Shown: positions 18,231 to 27,712, counted from the first letter of the stretch. The stretch is 64,000 bases of DNA from Rhodospirillales bacterium (GCA_947473305.1 CANJCB010000010.1:25967-89966); one strand, 5' to 3'. Notes: generated by a model not told the origin, from the sequence alone. Translations and numbers: made by a program.

Positions 18231-19286
18231 ATGTCCTCGACAGTGGTGGGCGGCGCCATGCTGCCCCACGCCCCCCAATTCTTCACGCTTCCCGATACCG
18301 AGGATATGGCCACGGTCGAGAAGGTGCGGGTGCATGGCGCGACCATCGGGAAGGAATTGGCAGCGCTGAAGCCCGATCTCTGGATCATCTTCTCCAACGA
18401 TCACGCCGAGCAGTTCTTCCATCAGGCGGCGCCACCCTTCACGATCCACGTGGGAGCCGAGGCCAGCGGCGATTTCGCGGGCCGTAAATTCCGCTGGGAG
18501 GTCCCGAGCGAGATCGGCTTCGGCCTGGTGAAGCATCTTTATAAGCAGGGCTTCGACCCGGCTTTCTCCAGCACGGCCAAGGCGGATTATGCCATGGGCA
18601 TTCCGCTGACCCATCTGGGTCGCACCGGGCCTGTGCTGCCGATCTTCGTCAACGCCTACCTCCCGCCGCAGCCCAGCATGGAGCGTTGCTACGCCTTCGG
18701 GGAAGCTATAGCGCGCAGCGTCACGCTGATGGGGCTCAGGACGGTGATCCTGGCGAGCGGGGGGATGTCCCATTTTCCCGGAACCGACCGTTACAGCCAA
18801 CCGGCCCTTGAATGGGACCAAAAGGTCCTGGAGCGGATCAAGACCGGCAACTTGAAGTCACTGATCGGCTATGACGAAGCCGAGCTCGACGACATGGGCA
18901 ATATCGAGCTGCGCTGCTGGGCCTGCGCCGCCGGGGCGCTCGGCGAGCGCAAGCCCGACCTGCTTTCGCTGGATCCGAGCTGGCATCACAATTATGCATC
19001 CATCGGCTGGTTCGGCGGGCCACGCGAAGAGCCGGAGCCGCATTATCCGTCGATCAGGCCCGAGCTTGCCGAACTGACCGCCGCGATCCACGGGCTCGCC
19101 CATGAGGCGGATAAGTTCTCGCTCTTTCTCGCCGATCCGGGCGCTTACGCGCAGGGCTTCACCTTACCCGTCGCCCAGCGCGATGCGCTGATCCGTTTCG
19201 ACGCGCCGGCCATGGTCGCCATGGGCTGCCATCCGCTGCTGCCGTTCCTGGTGAACATGAAGCTGCAGAAGCATCGGAAGCCCTGA
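18231..19286 (+). CDS. class III extradiol ring-cleavage dioxygenase, LigB-like domain fused to a LigA-like C-terminal domain
   Basis: 351 aa. N-terminal LigB-type core (MLPHAPQF, FSNDHAEQFF, GGMSHFPG). C-terminal ~90 aa resembles the small LigA subunit (FLADPGAYAQGFTL...ALIRFD). Confidence 0.7.
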   Translation: MSSTVVGGAMLPHAPQFFTLPDTEDMATVEKVRVHGATIGKELAALKPDLWIIFSNDHAEQFFHQAAPPFTIHVGAEASGDFAGRKFRWEVPSEIGFGLVKHLYKQGFDPAFSSTAKADYAMGIPLTHLGRTGPVLPIFVNAYLPPQPSMERCYAFGEAIARSVTLMGLRTVILASGGMSHFPGTDRYSQPALEWDQKVLERIKTGNLKSLIGYDEAELDDMGNIELRCWACAAGALGERKPDLLSLDPSWHHNYASIGWFGGPREEPEPHYPSIRPELAELTAAIHGLAHEADKFSLFLADPGAYAQGFTLPVAQRDALIRFDAPAMVAMGCHPLLPFLVNMKLQKHRKP

Positions 19287-19289
19287 GAG

Positions 19290-20378
19290 TCAGGGAGCCT
19301 TGACGCCTTCGAGGCCCTTCCAGTCGAATTGGATGCCATGCCCCGGTCGCTCGGGGGCCAAGGCCATGCCTTCCTCGATACGGATCGGCTCCGCGATGAA
19401 GCGGTCGAGGCCGAAACCGTGGGATTCAAGATAAGATCGGTTGGGTGCGGCGGCCAGCAGATGAACCGTCACGTCATGGGCGCCATGGGAAGTGACCGGC
19501 AGGTTGAAGGCTTCCGCCAGATGCGCGACCTTCATGAAAACGGTGACGCCGCCGCAGTTGGTGACATCGGGCTCCGGGAAGGTGACGCCTCCCGCCGCGA
19601 TCATCTCCTTGAATTCGTTGAGGGTGTGCAGGTTCTCGCCGGTCGCTATCGGAACGCCTCCGTCGCGCAGGATCCGGACATGGCCCGCGACGTCATCAGG
19701 AATCGTGGGTTCTTCCAGCCAGAGAAGATCGTAGTCCCGGAAAGCACGGGCGGCGCGGATCGCTTCATCGACACTCCAGCGCATGTTGGCGTCGGCCATG
19801 AGCGGGAAGTCCTGGCCCAGATGCTCACGCATTGCCCGGACCCGTTCCGCATCCTCGCGCAGACGGTCGCGACCGACTTTCATCTTGATGGCGCGAAAAC
19901 CCTTGGCGAGATTGTCGTCGGTCTGACGCAGGAGTTTGTCCGTCGGCACCTGAAGATCGACTCCGCCCGCATAGATCGGCACCCGCGCGTCGTAACCTCC
20001 CAGCAGGCGCCAGAGCGGCATGCCGAGACGTTTCGCCTTGAGATCCCAGAGCGCGATATCCACAGCCGAAACCGCGAGGCTGGACTGCCCGCCGCGTCCA
20101 CCGAAATGGAGCGCCCACCACATCTTCCGCCAGAGAGCCTCGATGAGGTCGGCGTCCTGGCTGATCAGATGTTGCTTCAGATCCCGGTCGATCAAGGAAT
20201 GGACCGCGCCGCCGCCGGCCCCAACGGTATAGGTGTAGCCAACGCCCTCGGCCCCATCCTTCGTCCGCAGCCGCACTGTAATGAGCTCGAAATGGCTGAT
20301 GTCGCCATGAGTGCTGTCGGAGAGCACCTGGGGCAGAGGAATGCGATAGTGATCGGTTTCCAGGGATGCGATGGTCAT
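19290..20378 (-). CDS. mandelate racemase / muconate lactonizing enzyme (enolase superfamily) protein
   Basis: ORF 19290..20396, start probably ATG 20378 (MTIASLETDHYRIPL). IKMKVG, ADAN and WLEEP metal-ligand blocks. Confidence 0.8.
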   Translation of the reverse strand: MTIASLETDHYRIPLPQVLSDSTHGDISHFELITVRLRTKDGAEGVGYTYTVGAGGGAVHSLIDRDLKQHLISQDADLIEALWRKMWWALHFGGRGGQSSLAVSAVDIALWDLKAKRLGMPLWRLLGGYDARVPIYAGGVDLQVPTDKLLRQTDDNLAKGFRAIKMKVGRDRLREDAERVRAMREHLGQDFPLMADANMRWSVDEAIRAARAFRDYDLLWLEEPTIPDDVAGHVRILRDGGVPIATGENLHTLNEFKEMIAAGGVTFPEPDVTNCGGVTVFMKVAHLAEAFNLPVTSHGAHDVTVHLLAAAPNRSYLESHGFGLDRFIAEPIRIEEGMALAPERPGHGIQFDWKGLEGVKAP

Positions 20379-20476
20379 GGCAATGCTCCGCTTCACCTTT
20401 CAGATCGTAGCCTGGACGGCGAAGCGGGATATAGTCTAGACAAACTGTGACCGGGCGAACCGGCAAGGGGAGAAAA

Positions 20477-21295
20477 ATGGCCGAAGACGTATGTTTGTAT
20501 GAAGTGGACGACAAGCTCAGCATCATCACCATGAACCGTCCGGACAAGCTCAACGCCTTGAGCGAGGACCTGAAGGAGGCGCTCGAAGCGGCTTTTGCCC
20601 GCGCCGACGAGGATCCCGCCACCAGCGTCGTTGTGCTGCGCTCCAACGGGCGGAGCTTCTGCGCCGGCTATGACCTGAGTGGCACCGACACCTCATGGGC
20701 GCAGCATCGCCAGAATCCCTTGAAGTGGCACGAGCGGCTGACCCATGAACTCGGCATGGAGATGACGCCCTGGTATATGCGCAAGCCGGTGATCTGCTCG
20801 GTCCAAGGCCATGCTCTGGGCGGCGGCTGCGAGCTGACCATGTTCTGCGACATGACCATCGCGGGGGACAACGCCCTTTTCGGCGAGCCCGAGGGCCGGT
20901 TTTCCGGCACGGGGCCGGGTTTCATCATGCCTTGGCTCATAGGCTACAAGAAAGCGCGCGAACTCCTCTATCTCGGCGACATGATCGGCGCCGAGGAAGC
21001 CCTGGCGCTCGGCATGATCAACAAGATCGTGCCCGTCGCGGAGCTTCGCGAAGCCACGATCAAATACGCCAAGCGCCTGTCGCTCATCGCGCCCGAGGCG
21101 CTTGTGATGACCAAGCTCGCGATCAATCGGGGCGCCGATGCTTCGGGTTTCCGCAACGCCATGCAGGCCGGTATCGACGTGGTTTCGCCGCTCTATGCCG
21201 CGCAGACCGAGGTGGGCGTCGAGTTCCGGGAACGGGTCAAGACCGACGGGCTTCCCGCCGCCTTGAAGTGGCGGCGCGCGCAGTTCGACCAATAG
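20477..21295 (+). CDS. enoyl-CoA hydratase/isomerase (crotonase) family protein
   Basis: ORF 20447..21295, start moved to ATG 20477 (MAEDVCLYEVDDKLSIITMNRPDKLNAL) with AAGGGGAGA upstream. FCAGYDL and VQGHALGGGCEL blocks. Confidence 0.85.
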   Translation: MAEDVCLYEVDDKLSIITMNRPDKLNALSEDLKEALEAAFARADEDPATSVVVLRSNGRSFCAGYDLSGTDTSWAQHRQNPLKWHERLTHELGMEMTPWYMRKPVICSVQGHALGGGCELTMFCDMTIAGDNALFGEPEGRFSGTGPGFIMPWLIGYKKARELLYLGDMIGAEEALALGMINKIVPVAELREATIKYAKRLSLIAPEALVMTKLAINRGADASGFRNAMQAGIDVVSPLYAAQTEVGVEFRERVKTDGLPAALKWRRAQFDQ

Positions 21296-21338
21296 GCGAA
21301 AATTCCGGCTCGGTTATCGTGATCGGGCCGGTTCTCCT

Positions 21339-22298
21339 TTAGGTCGCCGCCGATTGCCGGTAGCGGTCGATCCGGGGATCCATGATGCGTCGCCAGAGCG
21401 GCGGGACGAGTGCCGCTGCGATGGAGCCGCCAAAGCCGAAAGGCAGCTCCGGCGCATCCGGGACGGCGCGGAGATCCTGATAGGGCAGGGCGGCCGCGCC
21501 ATGGTGATGGCTGTGGCGCCCGCCGTTGAAGAGCGCCCAATTATTGAAGCGGCGGACCGTGTTCCAGGAATGGGCCGCGGTCAGAGGCAGCGGTCTGCCC
21601 TCGACGACTTCCCGCTCCAGCCCGTAATGGGCGACATAGTTGAAAAGCTCCAGGATCAAGATGGCGACGAGGCTCGTCAGCAGGAGATAGGCGAAGGCCG
21701 ACCCGCCCAATAACAGGAAAGCTCCGATATAGATCCCCCCGCTCGCAAGGCTGTAGCCGAAAACCCGTCCCGGCGCGCGCTGCCAGGCGAAACGCCATTG
21801 CCCGGCAATCGATCTAGCCAGGAAACGATAGGCGCTTTCCCCGCGCCGCGCGGTCGCGGCGTCATCGCGCGTCGCGGCGAGGCGGTGATGGCCCTGAAGA
21901 TGGGAGATGCGGAAATGGCCGTAGCCCAAGGCGATCAGCATGGCGAGGCCTAGAGAACGCTCCCAGCCCTTGCGGCTGTGGATCAGCTCATGGGCGGTCA
22001 GCATGCCGAAAACCCCGGCCACGGTGCCGGTCGAAAGAGCCGAGGGGATGAGACCTTCGCCGGCATGGATCGCGCCGAAAGCCATCGCGGCAAATTGGAG
22101 CGGAATATAAAGCCAGAGGAGAAGCCGGTGCATGAACGGGCTGCCCGTTGTCGGAACCGAGCTTCCGAACAAGCCGTCCAGCCCCACGAAGGAAACGAGC
22201 AGGACGAGCGGCACAAAATAAGGAAATGGCGCCCCCAGATAGACCGCCCCATGGGCGAGGGCCAGGAAGAGATAGGGAAAGGTGTGGTGCAGGGGCAT
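21339..22298 (-). CDS. AlkB-like membrane di-iron hydroxylase / fatty-acid desaturase family protein (short form)
   Basis: 319 aa, polytopic. His boxes HELIHS, HLQGHH, NYVAHYGL and RHSHHH match the alkane-1-monooxygenase pattern. Confidence 0.75.
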   Translation of the reverse strand: MPLHHTFPYLFLALAHGAVYLGAPFPYFVPLVLLVSFVGLDGLFGSSVPTTGSPFMHRLLLWLYIPLQFAAMAFGAIHAGEGLIPSALSTGTVAGVFGMLTAHELIHSRKGWERSLGLAMLIALGYGHFRISHLQGHHRLAATRDDAATARRGESAYRFLARSIAGQWRFAWQRAPGRVFGYSLASGGIYIGAFLLLGGSAFAYLLLTSLVAILILELFNYVAHYGLEREVVEGRPLPLTAAHSWNTVRRFNNWALFNGGRHSHHHGAAALPYQDLRAVPDAPELPFGFGGSIAAALVPPLWRRIMDPRIDRYRQSAAT

Positions 22299-22347
22299 TT
22301 GAAAGCTCTGGTTACCAGTCTATCCTAGTAACGGATGGGCCCGGGGG

Positions 22348-23253
22348 ATGCGAATGACATTCGGTAGAGAATTGATTTTATTGGCCCTCTTTCTCGGATT
22401 GGCGGGCTGCCTCGACACCGGTCGCGCGACACCGCATCCCTCGCGACCGGCGGATGCGCGGCGTGGCGAATATCTCGTTCGGGCCGCCAATTGCGCGGGC
22501 TGCCATACCGACAAGGAGCATGGCGGCGCGAAGTTCGCGGGTGGCGGTTCCGTGCCGACGCCCTTCGGCAGCTATTTCAGCCGCAATATCACACCGGATC
22601 CGGTTCATGGGATCGGGGCCTGGAGCGACGCCGACTTCCTGACGGCGATGCGCAAGGGAATAGCTCCCGATGGCTCCCGTTATTTCCCGGCTTTTCCCTT
22701 TACCTCCTTCTCCGGGATGGCCGACCAGGACGTCCTCGACATGAAGGCCTATCTCTTCACCCAGGCGCCCGAGGCTGCGGTCAACAAGCCCCATGACGTC
22801 ATGTTTCCCTTCGATGTGCGGGCAAACCTGGGGATTTGGCGGTCGCTCTATTTCATCGAGGGGCCGATGCTGCCCATCCCGAACAAGAGCGCCGATTGGA
22901 ACCGTGGCGCCTATCTCGTGGAGGCGGTCGCCCATTGCGGGGAATGCCATACGCCGCGCAACATGATGGGAGCGCGGGACCAGGACAAGGCCTTCTCAGG
23001 CGCCAGGCTCGTCGGCCAGAAAACGCCGATCGCGCCCAATATCACCCAGGATGCCCATGACGGGATCGGCAAGTGGAGCGTCGAGGAGATCGCGGATTTC
23101 CTCAAGACCGGCTTGACGCCCGAGGGCGATATCGCCGGCGCACCCATGTCCGAGGTCGTGGACGAGGGAACCTCGCATCTCAGCGACGGCGACCGGCGGG
23201 CGATGGCAATCTATCTGAAATCGGTCCCGGCCTTGGCCGGGAACCCGAAATAG
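22348..23253 (+). CDS. diheme c-type cytochrome, probable lipoprotein
   Basis: 301 aa. Lipobox LAGC after a hydrophobic leader. Two heme-binding motifs, CAGCH and CGECH. Confidence 0.85.
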   Translation: MRMTFGRELILLALFLGLAGCLDTGRATPHPSRPADARRGEYLVRAANCAGCHTDKEHGGAKFAGGGSVPTPFGSYFSRNITPDPVHGIGAWSDADFLTAMRKGIAPDGSRYFPAFPFTSFSGMADQDVLDMKAYLFTQAPEAAVNKPHDVMFPFDVRANLGIWRSLYFIEGPMLPIPNKSADWNRGAYLVEAVAHCGECHTPRNMMGARDQDKAFSGARLVGQKTPIAPNITQDAHDGIGKWSVEEIADFLKTGLTPEGDIAGAPMSEVVDEGTSHLSDGDRRAMAIYLKSVPALAGNPK

Positions 23254-23257
23254 CGAG

Positions 23258-23956
23258 CTATTCCGCCGCGTTTCTGGCGGGTTGCTGCCGGCGCCATTCG
23301 CCGAGCAGGTCGGATGAATCGGCAACCACGGCCATGTGGAGCGACATCATCTTGAGCGCAGCCTCCTCCATCTCCGGATTAGTTCCCCGGACGAGATCGC
23401 GCAGCACAGTGACGCGGTAACCGAGATTGCTGCCCTCGAAGGCCGCGTTCAGCACGCAGCAATCGGTGAAGCCGCCGTTCAGCACGAGGGTACGGCTGCC
23501 GAGGTTCCGCAGCAGGAAATCCAGGTCGGTCGGATAAAAGACCGACAGCCGCTTCTTGGTCTGGACGATCATGTCGCCGGGCTCGACCCGGGTCACGAAC
23601 TCGGTCCAGCGGCTGCCTTCGATGGCGGCCTCGGCCGCATTGGGAATCGGGCCAACGTGGAGCGGGAAAGTCAGGCGCCAGGTGGCCGGTTGGCCCTTCA
23701 CGTCGTCCACACCGTCTTTCCGGAGGATCGTGCGGCAATGGATGATCGGCACGCCCAGCTTGCGGGCCTCGTCATGGAAGCGGTCGATGGGATCGACGAT
23801 CTCCCGGGCGCGAGGAGCCGGGCAGGGGCAGTCCGGCGTGTCGGCCAGATGCCCCTGGTGCATGTCGATCGAGATGATCGCCGTCTTCGCCCGATCCGAG
23901 AACGCCTCGAAACCGGCAGGCAGCACCTTCCGCTCGCCATAGACGAAAGCCTGCAT
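23258..23956 (-). CDS. isochorismatase-family cysteine hydrolase
   Basis: 232 aa. D (SIDMH), K (TKKR) and C (FTDCCV) catalytic-triad context. Confidence 0.8.
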   Translation of the reverse strand: MQAFVYGERKVLPAGFEAFSDRAKTAIISIDMHQGHLADTPDCPCPAPRAREIVDPIDRFHDEARKLGVPIIHCRTILRKDGVDDVKGQPATWRLTFPLHVGPIPNAAEAAIEGSRWTEFVTRVEPGDMIVQTKKRLSVFYPTDLDFLLRNLGSRTLVLNGGFTDCCVLNAAFEGSNLGYRVTVLRDLVRGTNPEMEEAALKMMSLHMAVVADSSDLLGEWRRQQPARNAAE

Positions 23957-23960
23957 AGAA

Positions 23961-25739
23961 TTACTCTCCGCGTTTCAAGGGCGGGCTTGCGTAGCCCGGC
24001 GTGACATGGGCATCGATGAGATAGGGACGCCCCGCCTCGACGGCTTTGAGGCCCCGCTCGATGGCGCGTTCCAGGTCGGGCACATTCTCGATCGGTCCTT
24101 CGGCCTCGATACCCTGCGCACGAGCCATGCCGGCATGATCGATGGCCGGATCGTCCATGCGCTGGCCGATCCAGCGGTTCTCGACCGGACGGTTGCGGAC
24201 CTTGGCAACGGTCTCCTGGTGGATCTCGTCGTTGAAGTTCGACCGGTTGTTGGAAATTATGAAGAGAGCCGGGATCTTGTAATGGGCTGCCGTCCAGAGC
24301 GCGGTGACACCCTGCATGAAGTCGCCGTCGCCCAGCACGGAGACGACAAGGCGGCCCTTGTCCTTCAGCGCCAGCGCGGCGCCCACGACGATGCCCGGTC
24401 CCGCGCCGAGACCCGCGCCGCCGTCATGACCCAGGTAATCCAAGGGATCGTGGAACTGATAAACGTCCGCCGCCCAGCCGATGGTCGCATGGGCGAGCGA
24501 GAGCTTGCGGCTTCCGCGCAGTTTCTGGAGAGCGACCTCCACATCGCGCGGGGCGATCTTGGTCGCGGCGTCGGCGCTATATTCGGCTGCCTTCCGCTCA
24601 TAACGGCTTTTGCCGTCCCAGAGCTTGCGGCTCCCGAGCTTCTTTTCGAGGGCAGGGATCAGCTGTGCCACAAAGGCGTCGGCCCCGGCGGTCACCGGCA
24701 CATCGACCGGCGTCAGGCCAAAGTGATCCATGCTCCAGCCGTTGTGCAGCCGGCTGTCCAGCGAGACATGGACGATCTTGGCGGAGAGGTCCTCGGTCTT
24801 GCGCTGGACCTGCTGGAAGGTGCCGTTGAGATCGACCCAATCGAGGCTGAGGATGAGATCCGCGCTTTTGACGAGATCCTTCGCCTTGGGCGTCAGGAAT
24901 CCCAGGGGCGGGGAGGCCATCAGCGGGTGATCGGTCGGGAAGATCGACCTTTCTCGGATCGAGGTCAGCACCGAGGCGCCGCAGAGTTCGGCAAAACGAA
25001 TACGGCGATCCCAGTCACCCTGATCCCGCGAGCCCCGCCCGAACAAAAACACCGGGTTCTTCGCGGAGGCGATCAGATCAACGACCTGCTCCACCACCTC
25101 TTCGGAAGCCGAGGGCGGGGGCGCCGGCCGGAAACGGGCGAGATCGGGGATCTCGATGTCCTTCTCGAGCTTCGTCTCCTGAAGACCCGCGTCGAGGCAG
25201 ACATAGACCGGCGCGCTCGGCGCTTCCACGGTAACCTTGGCAGCGCGCAGCATGCCGTCCACGATGCCCTGGGGCGAGCGCGGTTCGTCGTCCCATTTCG
25301 TATAGTTGCGCAGCAAGGCGCCCTGATCCTTGGCGGTATGGATCCAGTCGATCCAGGGACGCCGGATCTCCAACTGCACCGGGCCGGTAGCGCCAAGCAC
25401 CATCATCGGAACGCGGTCGCACCAGGCGTTATAGATGCCCATCAGCCCATGCAGCAGGCCGACATTGCTGTGCAACACAGCCGCCATGGGCTTGTCGGTC
25501 GCCTTGGCATAGCCGTGAGCGATCGATATCACATGGTCCTCGTTGAGGCAGAGCAGCATCTTCGGCGTCACATTGCCGAGATAATTCACGAGGCTGTCAT
25601 GGAGCCCGCGATAGCTCGCCCCCGGATTGAGTGCCACGTATTCGATATTGAGGGCGCGCAGCACGGCGGCGGCGATGTCGCTCGCCCATTCGATCTTGCC
25701 GTTGCTGGAGGGAAGGTGAGGACGTTCGATTTCGTTCAT
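23961..25739 (-). CDS. thiamine-diphosphate-dependent enzyme (benzoylformate decarboxylase / acetolactate synthase-like)
   Basis: ORF 23961..26048, start moved to ATG 25739 (MNEIERPHLPSS...), 592 aa. N-terminal Pyr domain (NPGASYRGLHDS) and the TPP-binding GDGDF...NN motif near the C-terminus. Confidence 0.85.
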   Translation of the reverse strand: MNEIERPHLPSSNGKIEWASDIAAAVLRALNIEYVALNPGASYRGLHDSLVNYLGNVTPKMLLCLNEDHVISIAHGYAKATDKPMAAVLHSNVGLLHGLMGIYNAWCDRVPMMVLGATGPVQLEIRRPWIDWIHTAKDQGALLRNYTKWDDEPRSPQGIVDGMLRAAKVTVEAPSAPVYVCLDAGLQETKLEKDIEIPDLARFRPAPPPSASEEVVEQVVDLIASAKNPVFLFGRGSRDQGDWDRRIRFAELCGASVLTSIRERSIFPTDHPLMASPPLGFLTPKAKDLVKSADLILSLDWVDLNGTFQQVQRKTEDLSAKIVHVSLDSRLHNGWSMDHFGLTPVDVPVTAGADAFVAQLIPALEKKLGSRKLWDGKSRYERKAAEYSADAATKIAPRDVEVALQKLRGSRKLSLAHATIGWAADVYQFHDPLDYLGHDGGAGLGAGPGIVVGAALALKDKGRLVVSVLGDGDFMQGVTALWTAAHYKIPALFIISNNRSNFNDEIHQETVAKVRNRPVENRWIGQRMDDPAIDHAGMARAQGIEAEGPIENVPDLERAIERGLKAVEAGRPYLIDAHVTPGYASPPLKRGE

Positions 25740-25753
25740 CGGGGCTGGGGCTT

Positions 25754-26575
25754 TCAGAGGAGATCGCGGATGGCTTTGAGGTGGTCTTTGCTGCGGTGAT
25801 AAGGCATCACCATGATGTCGTCGAAGCCCATTTCCTGGAAGCGGAGGAGACGCTTCCGCGCCTCGGCCGGTGGGCAGACAAGCTTGATATTGGCATGGGC
25901 GCCCAGGGTCAAATCCGGCTCGTCGCGCAGGTCGATCACCACATTGGTGACGATGGCGCGCTTGCCGCCGGCCTTGCGATAGAGCTCGATGCCATGCTCC
26001 AGGCCTTCCATGGTCCCGTGGAGACCCGAGGCTATCCAGCCCTGGCATTCCTTGGCCGCGTAATCGATCCAGCGCTCGCTATGCCAGGAGCCGAGGATCA
26101 GGGGCGGACCGCTTTCGCGACCGGGCCAAGGGGTGGGCGGCTTCGCATAGACCGCCTCGCCCCGCCAGGCGCGCTTCATCTGATCGACGAGCTTCGGAAA
26201 GGTCTCGAACCGTTGATCGTAGTCGGCGTCCATGACCTCGAAATCGGTGCGGGTCGAACCGGTGCCGATGCCGAAACGGAACCGGCCGCAGGAAAGGACG
26301 CTGAGCGATTGCGCGCGATGGGCGAGATCGACGGGCTCTCTCAGGGGCACCTGCACGACCCCGGTGCCGACTTCGATCCGGCTGGTGACGGCGGCAAGCG
26401 TGCCAAGGAATTGAAGAGGGTCGAGCGTCGGACGGCCGCGTCCCAGGGAATCCCCGGCCCAAACGCCACTGAAACCCAGTTCCTCGGCATTTTGGGCCAG
26501 TTCGACGCCCCGCGTCAGGACGGTGCTGTCGTCCACGTCATTCGCGTCGAAGGGGATCGCTATGCCAAGCTTCAT
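25754..26575 (-). CDS. luciferase-like (LLM class) flavin/F420-dependent oxidoreductase
   Basis: 273 aa. MKLGIAIPF...AEELGFSGVWAGDSL...FRFGIGTGS are typical LLM blocks. Confidence 0.75.
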   Translation of the reverse strand: MKLGIAIPFDANDVDDSTVLTRGVELAQNAEELGFSGVWAGDSLGRGRPTLDPLQFLGTLAAVTSRIEVGTGVVQVPLREPVDLAHRAQSLSVLSCGRFRFGIGTGSTRTDFEVMDADYDQRFETFPKLVDQMKRAWRGEAVYAKPPTPWPGRESGPPLILGSWHSERWIDYAAKECQGWIASGLHGTMEGLEHGIELYRKAGGKRAIVTNVVIDLRDEPDLTLGAHANIKLVCPPAEARKRLLRFQEMGFDDIMVMPYHRSKDHLKAIRDLL

Positions 26576-26670
26576 GGATCCTCCTCAAACGCTGTTTCTC
26601 GTGGGGCTTCCGGTCGAAGCGGTGCCTTCCGTCCGGACTATAAAGGCAGGACCGGGCCTTTCGCGACGCC

Positions 26671-27630
26671 TTATTGCGGATAGATGCGGTGATATTTCTC
26701 GAAGAGGAATTTGCCGCTCTCATAGGGCTCTTCCGCATCGTCGCCGCTGACCGCCTTGATGACGGCCGAAAAGTCCGGATTCATGAAGAGCGGTATGGAG
26801 TAACGCTCGTTGCCGCTGACGTTCACGACGCGATGCTGGGTCGATATGAATCGGTTGCCGCTCCAGCGTTGCATCATGTCGCCGATATTGATGACGAAAG
26901 TGCCGTCGATCGGCGGAACGCCCACCCAGTCGCCGTTCTTGTTGAGGATTTCCAGGCCGCCCTGGTCGTCCTGCCAGAGGATGGTAAAGCCGCCGCCGTC
27001 GGTATGACCCTTGACGCCGATCTTCTGCGCGCTGGTGAGGGGCGGCTGCGGCGGATAGTGGTTGAGCTTCAGCATCAGGGTCGGCCGGGTGTAATAGGCG
27101 TCGAAGAAATCGGGCTTCTGTCCCAAGGTCAGCGAAAAAGCCTTCAGCATCTGATGGCCGAAAGCCGTGATCGCCTTGTCATAGGCGAGCATCGCGGGCT
27201 TGAGACTCGGCAGCGCGTCGGGCCACTGGTTGGGACCGTCGAGCGGATTTTTCTCACCCACCGGCCGGTCGGGCATGATGATGAAGGCTTCCTGGAGATT
27301 GGGGCCTTTCTTGTCCTTGCCGCCCGCGCGGGTCCCGCCGTATTCGAGCGGCAGGAAGCCCCGGAATTGCGGGGATTTTTCCACGGCCACGGACATCTTC
27401 TCTTCATGGGGCAGGTCGAAGAAGAGTTTGGTCTCGCGCACCAGCGCATCGAGCACGGCACGCGGCACGCCGTGGTTCTTCACATAGACGAAGCCAATGT
27501 TCTCGCAGGCGTCCGCCAGCGCCTCGACCGCCTCCGCCCTGTGTCTTTCGTCACCCGTGACGAAAGAAGCGACATCGACCACCGGGATTTCGGTGAAATC
27601 GAGCTTTCGGATGGCCGGGATGATATTCAT
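26671..27630 (-). CDS. 2OG-Fe(II) oxygenase (isopenicillin N synthase-like family)
   Basis: ORF 26671..27696, start moved to ATG 27630 (MNIIPAIRKLDF...). HTD...H facial triad (GHTDGGGFTILWQD, STQHRVVN). Confidence 0.8.
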   Translation of the reverse strand: MNIIPAIRKLDFTEIPVVDVASFVTGDERHRAEAVEALADACENIGFVYVKNHGVPRAVLDALVRETKLFFDLPHEEKMSVAVEKSPQFRGFLPLEYGGTRAGGKDKKGPNLQEAFIIMPDRPVGEKNPLDGPNQWPDALPSLKPAMLAYDKAITAFGHQMLKAFSLTLGQKPDFFDAYYTRPTLMLKLNHYPPQPPLTSAQKIGVKGHTDGGGFTILWQDDQGGLEILNKNGDWVGVPPIDGTFVINIGDMMQRWSGNRFISTQHRVVNVSGNERYSIPLFMNPDFSAVIKAVSGDDAEEPYESGKFLFEKYHRIYPQ

Positions 27631-27712
27631 GACAGGCGCTCTCGAGTTAAGGGCGTTCGGAGAGCGAATTATCCTGCGGCCCGACATTGTATGCAACGAG
27701 GCTTAATGTTTC

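Noticed and set aside
23961-25739. Possibility that the TPP enzyme is sulfoacetaldehyde acetyltransferase (Xsc), linking the TauD-like and LLM genes to sulfonate metabolism
   Set aside because: Only the size matches. The N-terminal and internal blocks do not resemble Xsc as I recall it. No tauABC, tpa, pta, ssuEADCB or sulfite-exporter genes are present. I kept it as a generic decarboxylase/ALS-like TPP enzyme.
24006-25799. 597-aa ORF antisense to the TPP-dependent enzyme
   Set aside because: Shadow ORF, R/G/D/H-rich. The minus-strand frame carries the TPP-binding GDGDF motif and Pyr-domain motifs.
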